NCBI GenBank assembly: GCA_035390665.1
Contig: DAOOUC010000001.1
Location: 90,001-122,000 of the forward strand
Direction of reading: 5' to 3'
Length of the DNA: 32,000 bases
Origin: an archaeon
GTDB taxonomy: Archaea > Iainarchaeota > Iainarchaeia > Iainarchaeales > CSSED10-239
Shown: positions 26,207-32,000 of the stretch, piece by piece
How positions within the stretch are numbered: the stretch's first letter is position 1
Layout of the letters: the number at the start of each line of letters is the position of its first letter
The notes under the pieces: model-generated
What the model saw: the letters and a program-made list of their open reading frames with translations, nothing else
Told to the model about the DNA's origin: nothing
The model's database searches: none
Made by a program: the position numbers and the translations under genes

Positions 26207-27481
26207 TTATTTGCTTAAACTTAAATACAATAAATTATCTCTTTGATAATATCCTTGTAAATTTAATTCTATTTCTGTTTTATTTAAATCCTCTGGATAA
26301 TCTAAAAGTACATCTGTTGTTGGTTCTTTATAGTTGTATTTCTTTCCAGAAATTATAACTTCAGTTGTATCAACAGAAGCAAGAACAGTAAATTTTAATT
26401 CTTGGTTGTTTAATTTATTTTTTAATTCAGAAGCATTTATATCAGAATAATCAAATTCAATATAAGCAGTAACTTCTGGTTCTTGTAGTATTTCTGTATT
26501 GGTAATTTCTAAAGCAGAAATTAATTTTGTTTTTGTCTCCAAGTATTTTTCAAAAGTGATATTATTATCAAAATTAATTGTAGTTATATTTTCATCAACT
26601 AAATAATCAACAAAGCCCTTTTCTTCTTTTAATATATTTAATTTACTCTCAATTTCGGTTTTGTTTTTATCAGCAGTATTAATTTGTAATTGTTTAGTAA
26701 TCTGGTATTCAAAAGAAGTATTTTCGTAGCTTTCTTTAACTTTATTTTCAATTTCTGTTTTATTTAACTTATCTAAAGAATAATTTATTTGACTATAGAT
26801 TTTATCTTTAAATTCTGTGATTTTAAAGTTTTCATAGCCAATAAGCATTTGGAATTGGTTGCTATTATTTATTTGTTCAATTCCTCTTGATTGTATAAGT
26901 TCTGTTCCTCTAAATGTTGCATATGCTGCAACTGAAAGATTGTCTCCTTTTAATGTTTCCATTCCAAGAATCCCTTCCATATTTTGTACAATAAATTCAT
27001 ATTCTATTTCTTGGTTTTGATCGTTTGTAAATTTTACTTTTTCAGGTATTTCTAATAATCCAAATTGATAAAATTCAGGTGTTTCAAAAATATTTAGATT
27101 TTTTATGCTATCAATTATTTCTTGTTTTTTTTCAGGAACAACACTTAAAGTTATTATAAGATTAATGTTTCCATCTGCATCTGGCCTAAATTCTATTTGT
27201 TTGTTTTTTATTCCAGAGACATCAAGTAGTTTTGTGTTTATTGAGGTTTCTTCAAAATCTAAAGGTCTTCCCGCAGCAATAATTTGAGGGAATAGTTCTC
27301 CAACATTAGCATCAATTGTAGCAGTATAACTTACAAGTTCTAAATTTTGATTAGTATCTATTGGAGTATAGTCCTCTCCAGGCGTGCTTGTATTGTCGCT
27401 AAATGTAATCATAGCAAATAAAGAGCCCACAAAAAGTATTACAATTAATAAAGAAAATATTGTTTTTTTATCCATTTTCAT
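26207..27481 (-). CDS. Hypothetical extracytoplasmic protein with N-terminal TM anchor
   Basis: KTIFSLLIVILFVGSLFAMITF helix followed by a long Asn/Lys/Glu-rich domain; convergent with NAC, 2 nt between stops. Confidence 0.65.
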   Translation of the reverse strand: MKMDKKTIFSLLIVILFVGSLFAMITFSDNTSTPGEDYTPIDTNQNLELVSYTATIDANVGELFPQIIAAGRPLDFEETSINTKLLDVSGIKNKQIEFRPDADGNINLIITLSVVPEKKQEIIDSIKNLNIFETPEFYQFGLLEIPEKVKFTNDQNQEIEYEFIVQNMEGILGMETLKGDNLSVAAYATFRGTELIQSRGIEQINNSNQFQMLIGYENFKITEFKDKIYSQINYSLDKLNKTEIENKVKESYENTSFEYQITKQLQINTADKNKTEIESKLNILKEEKGFVDYLVDENITTINFDNNITFEKYLETKTKLISALEITNTEILQEPEVTAYIEFDYSDINASELKNKLNNQELKFTVLASVDTTEVIISGKKYNYKEPTTDVLLDYPEDLNKTEIELNLQGYYQRDNLLYLSLSK

Positions 27482-27561
27482 AAATCGTTCACATTAAAAT
27501 TTTATTTGATAATAATAATATATTATAGAAACTAAATATATTTAAACTAAATTGATTAAAG

Positions 27562-28488
27562 ATGTCTTTAAAACTAGGGAAAATAAAATTAAAAAATAAA
27601 GGTATTCTTGCACCGATGTTAGAATATACAAATCTTTCTTTTAGACAGCTTTGTGCAAAAAATAATTGTGCTTTGGCTTACACAGAGATGATTCACACTA
27701 GTTACATTTTAAATTCTCCAATAGACGAAATAAAAAATAAAACAAAAGATGAAGACTATCCTGTTTCTTTGCAGTTAGTTGGGGATTTTACAAATACTAA
27801 AGAAACAATTGATGCTTTTACTAAAGTTCAAGACATAGAAGATTACGATATTATTGACTTTAATCTGGGATGTCCATCTCCAAAAATTGCAGCAGGAAAA
27901 GGAGGGGCAATTCTTCTTAAAGATATTTCAAAAGTTTCTAAAACTTTAAAAGAAATAAAAGAAATAAGCAATAAGCCAATAACTGCAAAAATTAGATTAG
28001 GATATGATAAAGATAATTCTAAAGATATTTTAAATAAATTAGAACTTTCTGGAATTGATGCTTTAGCTATTCATGGCCGCTTAGGTGTTTCTGATTATTC
28101 AATACCTTCAGATTATAAAAAAGTAATTTCTTTAGCAAAAGAAACCTCTTTACCAATAATCTATAACGGAGATATTACTTTAGAAACTTCTGATTCTTTT
28201 AAAGGCATTGATGAATTTAGTGGATTAATGGTTGGAAGAGATGCCGTAAGAAACCCAAGTATTTTTTCTAAGATTGCAGGTATCAAACAAAAAACAATCC
28301 AAGAAAATATTTCTTTGTTTTTAAAGATTTCAAAAAAATACAATAACTCAATAATAAATCAAAAACTTGTACTTCTACAAATGCTTGCGGGTTTTAGTGG
28401 AGCAAGACAATTGAGAGCGAAATTAACAACTTTAAAAACACAAGAAGAATTAGATTTGTTTTTAGAAAAACACAAAATAGACAATTAA
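27562..28488 (+). CDS. tRNA-dihydrouridine synthase (Dus family)
   Basis: ILAPMLEYTNLSFRQLCAKNNCALAYTEMI; VSLQLVGD; DFNLGCPSPKIAAGKGGAILL; ITAKIRLGYD; ALAIHGR; PIIYNGDI; GLMVGRDAVRNPSIF. Confidence 0.93.
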   Translation: MSLKLGKIKLKNKGILAPMLEYTNLSFRQLCAKNNCALAYTEMIHTSYILNSPIDEIKNKTKDEDYPVSLQLVGDFTNTKETIDAFTKVQDIEDYDIIDFNLGCPSPKIAAGKGGAILLKDISKVSKTLKEIKEISNKPITAKIRLGYDKDNSKDILNKLELSGIDALAIHGRLGVSDYSIPSDYKKVISLAKETSLPIIYNGDITLETSDSFKGIDEFSGLMVGRDAVRNPSIFSKIAGIKQKTIQENISLFLKISKKYNNSIINQKLVLLQMLAGFSGARQLRAKLTTLKTQEELDLFLEKHKIDN

Positions 28489-29166
28489 AAGTATAAGTAA
28501 AACTATCAAAAAAGATTTCCAATTTCTAAATATAAACAGAAATATATTTTTAAAAAATTCAAATACATATTCTAAAAATTTTTTTGGATCTTTGATTTCA
28601 TCAAGCATTTCAATAAAAAGGTCTTTATTGTCTTTTGTTTTTTGATTAATAATATTAAAATTATTAATTTTACCTAAAACCGCATCAAGAGAAAGTTCAT
28701 GGTTTTCAAAATTACATTTCCAAATCGGGATGTACATTTCTTCAAACCCACTTAAAGTTAAATTGTCTTTATCTACTTCAAATTTACAAGATAGCATTTT
28801 AGCAATTATGTCTTGCGCTTCAGCTTTAGTAAGTAGTGATTTTTTTAATCTTATCTCTACTTTTTCAAGGGCAATATCAATGGTGTCTATATTTTGAGGG
28901 GTTTCATGCTCTAATAGTTTAAGATATTCTTCTTGAGATCTATTTGTTAAAGAATTTAGTGCAACTTGCCCAGTATAATGCTTATACACGTTGTTTTTTT
29001 TAGAATCAACATCATAGAAACAGACCCAAAAAGGGACAATATTAAGGTGGAAGTTATTTTTAGTAATATTCACCTTATGTCCTTTCCTGTTAAATTCTTT
29101 TTGAACTATAGAAACTGCTTCTTCAAGAGTTATCTTAACAGGAAAAGCATTCTTGTTTAATTTCAT
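28462..29166 (-). CDS. Tail-anchored hypothetical protein with two similar N-terminal modules
   Basis: Two related segments (FHLNIVPFWVCFYDV and GFEEMYIPIWKCNFEN) and one C-terminal TM helix SFLIVLLILLIVYFVFF; 13 nt downstream of sepF. Confidence 0.6.
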   Translation of the reverse strand: MKLNKNAFPVKITLEEAVSIVQKEFNRKGHKVNITKNNFHLNIVPFWVCFYDVDSKKNNVYKHYTGQVALNSLTNRSQEEYLKLLEHETPQNIDTIDIALEKVEIRLKKSLLTKAEAQDIIAKMLSCKFEVDKDNLTLSGFEEMYIPIWKCNFENHELSLDAVLGKINNFNIINQKTKDNKDLFIEMLDEIKDPKKFLEYVFEFFKNIFLFIFRNWKSFLIVLLILLIVYFVFF

Positions 29167-29179
29167 TTTTTAAATGAAT

Positions 29180-29524
29180 TTATCTTTTTTTAACAATTTT
29201 TACTTTTGATGGTGTTAAAAGAATCTTTGATGGTGAGATCATTGCAAGGTCTCCGCCTGTATCTTTAACAAACATCTTAATTTGTCCTAAAAATTGTTTT
29301 GCTCTTTGAGCATTTCTTTTTGTTAAGTTCTCAACATCTAAAAGAACAAGATTTTTTTGTTTTAATTCTTTTATTGTTTCTTCAACTTCTGCGTTTGTTT
29401 GTAAGCTGATTGGTTTTACCCAAAAGTCTACGTCTTCTGGTTCTTCCTCAACTTCCATATTGTTTAAGTAGTCGTCTACGTCTAGGTCTTCTCTTTTTGA
29501 GAAAACGCCGTCAAAAAATGCCAT
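29180..29524 (-). CDS. sepF: Archaeal SepF-like cell division protein
   Basis: VKPISLQTNAEVEETIKELKQKNLVLLDVENLTKRNAQRAKQFLGQIKMFVKDTGGDLAMISPSKILLTPSKVKI. Confidence 0.85.
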   Translation of the reverse strand: MAFFDGVFSKREDLDVDDYLNNMEVEEEPEDVDFWVKPISLQTNAEVEETIKELKQKNLVLLDVENLTKRNAQRAKQFLGQIKMFVKDTGGDLAMISPSKILLTPSKVKIVKKR

Positions 29525-29643
29525 GTTTCTCCACCTCTAATTTTTCCCCTTTTTATTTAATTTAAAATACTAGTAATAAATATATTGAACCAAAATATAT
29601 AAAAACGAATTGTTGTATATGCGGTTGTTTTTTTCTAAAAAAA

Positions 29644-29661
29644 TAAAAGCAAATGCTTTTA
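29644..29661. repeat. Palindrome in the divergent sepF/thiI intergenic region
   Basis: TAAAAGCA AA TGCTTTTA: perfect 8-bp arms, 2-nt centre. Confidence 0.6.
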
Positions 29662-29688
29662 AATACATATAGTTTAATTAGCACTAAT

Positions 29689-29696
29689 TTATATGG
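29689..29696 (+). promoter_or_regulatory. Putative TATA box for thiI
   Basis: TTTATATG about 22-29 nt upstream of the ATG, consistent with near-leaderless transcription. Confidence 0.4.
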
Positions 29697-29717
29697 TTTT
29701 TTGGTTATATATTCTAT

Positions 29718-30881
29718 ATGAAATATACTCACATTATTATTCATTATTCAGAGATTGCAATTAAGAAAGACAATAGAAGTACTTTTGAAAATATTCTTAT
29801 TAAAAATCTAAAAGAGTGTCTAGCGATTGATGTTTCTCAAATCTACAAACGATTTGGAAGAGTTATTTGTGTATTATCAGAAACCGCAAATTTAGAAAAT
29901 ATTAAATTCACTCTATCTAAAATACCAGGGGTTCATAGTTTTTCTTTTTGTTTAACAACAGTTCAAGATTTAGAAGAAATTAAAAAAACAGCAAAAGATA
30001 TTGCAGAAAATACAACCTTTGAAAATTTCAGAGTATCTTCTAAAAGATCATTTAAGGGCTTTAAGTATACTTCTCAAGAAATTGATAGGCTTGTTGGCGA
30101 AGAAATCTTTGAAAATCTTAAAAAGAAAGTAAAATTAAAAAATCCAGAACTAGAAATTAATATTGAAGTTACAGAAAAGGAAGTTTTTGTTTATACTAAT
30201 AAAGAAACACATATAGGAATTGGTGGACTTCCAGTTGGTTCAACAGGAACTGTAGTGTGCTCTCTTTCTGGGGGAATTGATAGTCCTGTTTCAGGGTATA
30301 TGCTAAACAAAAGAGGGTGTAAGGTAGTTTATGCACACATTCAAAGTAATAATCTAGTAACAAAAGAAGTTGAAGAAAAAATCTTTAAGCTTTGTTCTAC
30401 TTTAAGAAACTATCAAGGAAGAACAAAACTAATAGTAATTCCTTTTTCTGAGATTCAAAAACAATTGTTAATGGTTGTTCCTGCAGATTATAGAATGATA
30501 ATTTATAGAAGATTTATGTTTAGAATAATTAACAAGTTAGCAGAAAAAGAAGGCGCTCTTGGAATTGTTACAGGAGACTCTGTCGGTCAAGTTGCTTCTC
30601 AGACACTTGAAAACTTAAACTGTATTTATGAGGCTTCAAAGCTTCCAATTTTTTCCCCATTGATTGGTTTAAACAAAGACGAGATTATTGAAATTTCTCA
30701 AAAGATTGGAACCTATGATATTTCAATTATGCCATATCCTGACTGTTGTTCCTTTATGGTTGCAAGGCACCCTAAGACAAGAGGAAAGATTGAAGAAGTA
30801 AAAGACATTGAAAGCAACATCAAGAATATTGATGCATTAGTAGATGATGCAATATCAAAAGCAAAAGAGCACATCTTTTAA
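29718..30881 (+). CDS. thiI: tRNA 4-thiouridine sulfurtransferase ThiI
   Basis: N-terminal THUMP-type region (IIIHYSEIAIKKDNR), PP-loop CSLSGGIDSPVSGYMLNKRG, VTGDSVGQVASQTLENL, C-terminal PYPDCCSFMVARHPKTRG. Confidence 0.93.
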   Translation: MKYTHIIIHYSEIAIKKDNRSTFENILIKNLKECLAIDVSQIYKRFGRVICVLSETANLENIKFTLSKIPGVHSFSFCLTTVQDLEEIKKTAKDIAENTTFENFRVSSKRSFKGFKYTSQEIDRLVGEEIFENLKKKVKLKNPELEINIEVTEKEVFVYTNKETHIGIGGLPVGSTGTVVCSLSGGIDSPVSGYMLNKRGCKVVYAHIQSNNLVTKEVEEKIFKLCSTLRNYQGRTKLIVIPFSEIQKQLLMVVPADYRMIIYRRFMFRIINKLAEKEGALGIVTGDSVGQVASQTLENLNCIYEASKLPIFSPLIGLNKDEIIEISQKIGTYDISIMPYPDCCSFMVARHPKTRGKIEEVKDIESNIKNIDALVDDAISKAKEHIF

Positions 30882-30905
30882 TGCTTTTGTTCATCTATTT
30901 AATTT

Positions 30906-32000
30906 ATGTTTTCAATAAACTTAAATCAAAAGAAAAAGGCCCTTGAACCACTTATTGCAACTATTTTGTTAATAGTTGTTTCTGTAATTTTAGTTACAAT
31001 TGTTTTAACTTGGGGCAAGAACTTTTCAGTAGAAGAATTAAATAAAACAAATAATATTATTTACGTAAAATCAGATATAAGTAACTATATACAATATAAA
31101 ACAAGAAGTAATACAACAAGCGAAAACAACATTTTAGAAATAAAAAATATACATCCAACAGAAACTGCAACAATTGTCGGATATAAGATATTATCTCCAA
31201 ATAGTAAATTTAGATTTTTAGACGATTATCAATTTAGTCTTGATGAAAATGCTACATTATCTCCCGGTCAATCAATTTTTTTAGGATTAGCCTGTACGCC
31301 AGAGCAAACATTTAATGTTGAATTATTAACAAGTGATAGCAAATATATTTTTATAAAATATAATAGTCTTAATTCTAGTCCAGCAAGTTGTATAAAAGAC
31401 ATGGATTTTGGTTGGCATCACGCATGTGTGGTTTTAGCAACGGGCAAAGTAAAATGTTGGGGGCGAAATGATAATGGCCAATTAGGAGATGGCACAATAG
31501 CTCAAAAAAAAATACCAATAGAGGTCTTAGATATAAATTCAGGGGTTGCAATAACCGCCGGAGATTTACACACGTGTGTTGTTTTGAGTTCAGGAGAAAT
31601 AAAATGTTTTGGAGATAATCCTTATGGTCAATTAGGTAATCAAAATACAACAGATAGCAACTTTCCAGTAACTGTTTTGGGAATAAATAATGCAATAAAA
31701 GTTTCAGGTGGTTGTTGGCACACATGCGCATTACTAAATACTGGTGAAATAAACTGTTGGGGGGCAAATACAAATGGCCAATTAGGTAATGGTACAAAGA
31801 CAAATAGTTTAATACCAGTTTCTGTTATTGATTCAAATAATGATATTATTACAAACTTTGTAGATGTAAAAGTAGGCTGTACTAATAGTTGTGCATTACT
31901 AAATAACGGACAAATAATGTGTTGGGGTAATAATCAATATGGGAAGTTAGGAGATGGCACAACAACAGATAAAAATACTGCAACACCCGTTTTAAATGTG
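30906..32000 (+). CDS. Type IV pilin-like N-terminus + stalk + RCC1-repeat domain, partial at window edge
   Basis: Manual translation gives 365 uninterrupted codons from ATG 30906 to 32000. KALEPLIATILLIVVSVILVTIVLTWGKN then at least four RCC1-like blades (e.g. HTCALLNTGEINCWGANTNGQLGNGT). Not in the supplied ORF track because it runs off the window. Confidence 0.85.
   Translation, partial: MFSINLNQKKKALEPLIATILLIVVSVILVTIVLTWGKNFSVEELNKTNNIIYVKSDISNYIQYKTRSNTTSENNILEIKNIHPTETATIVGYKILSPNSKFRFLDDYQFSLDENATLSPGQSIFLGLACTPEQTFNVELLTSDSKYIFIKYNSLNSSPASCIKDMDFGWHHACVVLATGKVKCWGRNDNGQLGDGTIAQKKIPIEVLDINSGVAITAGDLHTCVVLSSGEIKCFGDNPYGQLGNQNTTDSNFPVTVLGINNAIKVSGGCWHTCALLNTGEINCWGANTNGQLGNGTKTNSLIPVSVIDSNNDIITNFVDVKVGCTNSCALLNNGQIMCWGNNQYGKLGDGTTTDKNTATPVLNV
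31410..32000 (+). repeat. RCC1-like tandem repeats inside the 30906 CDS, about 150-165 nt period
   Basis: Repeat starts near 31410 (GWHHACVVLATGKVKCWG), 31560 (GDLHTCVVLSSGEIKCFG), 31710 (GCWHTCALLNTGEINCWG) and 31875 (GCTNSCALLNNGQIMCWG). Confidence 0.85.

Noticed and set aside
28462-28488. 27-nt overlap of dus and the convergent tail-anchored gene as an annotation error
   Set aside because: Both frames are open and plausible to their stops; convergent 3' overlaps recur in this compact genome.
31375-31803. 142-aa minus-strand ORF shown in the track
   Set aside because: Antisense of the RCC1 repeats; its HYLIGHLYLPPN-like repeats mirror the repeated codons of the real plus-strand gene.
1-32000. 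DGR reverse transcriptase or template repeat within the window
   Set aside because: No RT-like ORF (no YxDD-type motif in a suitable protein) and no second copy of 5431-5543 was seen, so a complete DGR cannot be claimed.
1-32000. CRISPR arrays, transposases, integrases
   Set aside because: No regularly spaced direct repeats and no ORF with transposase or integrase features; the only tandem repeats seen are coding RCC1 repeats and a short TTA tract.

Overview
AT-rich (roughly 30% GC) archaeal chromosomal window, most likely from a DPANN lineage such as Woesearchaeota/Pacearchaeota. The lineage is inferred from gene content and composition, not from a search. Recognisable content: an archaeal prepilin peptidase with two class III signal-peptide pilin-like proteins; a grpE-dnaK-dnaJ operon; UPF0147-DP1-DP2 (both family D polymerase subunits); a Nog1-like GTPase; secF-secD; ribosomal proteins uS15 and eS1; a DUF92 protein; ValRS; a Bud32-like kinase; a HicAB-like pair; NAC; a tRNA-dihydrouridine synthase; SepF; and ThiI. 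No rRNA, tRNA, CRISPR or transposon could be supported. Main second-look items: (1) two unlinked surface-protein genes (4611-5543 and 30906 to window end, the latter missing from the ORF track) share a type IV pilin-like N-terminus and stalk but carry different heads, one DUF1566/C-type-lectin-like and one RCC1 propeller; (2) the 3' end of the lectin-like head is compositionally anomalous and resembles a diversity-generating retroelement variable region, although no RT or template is in the window; (3) a 140-aa membrane protein (18834-19256) has archaeosortase/exosortase-like Cys/Arg/His spacing; (4) a perfect 11-bp inverted repeat sequesters the ribosome binding site of the OB-fold gene at 2608; (5) a 9-bp inverted repeat plus a TTA-repeat tract lies in the promoter region of the lectin-head gene.
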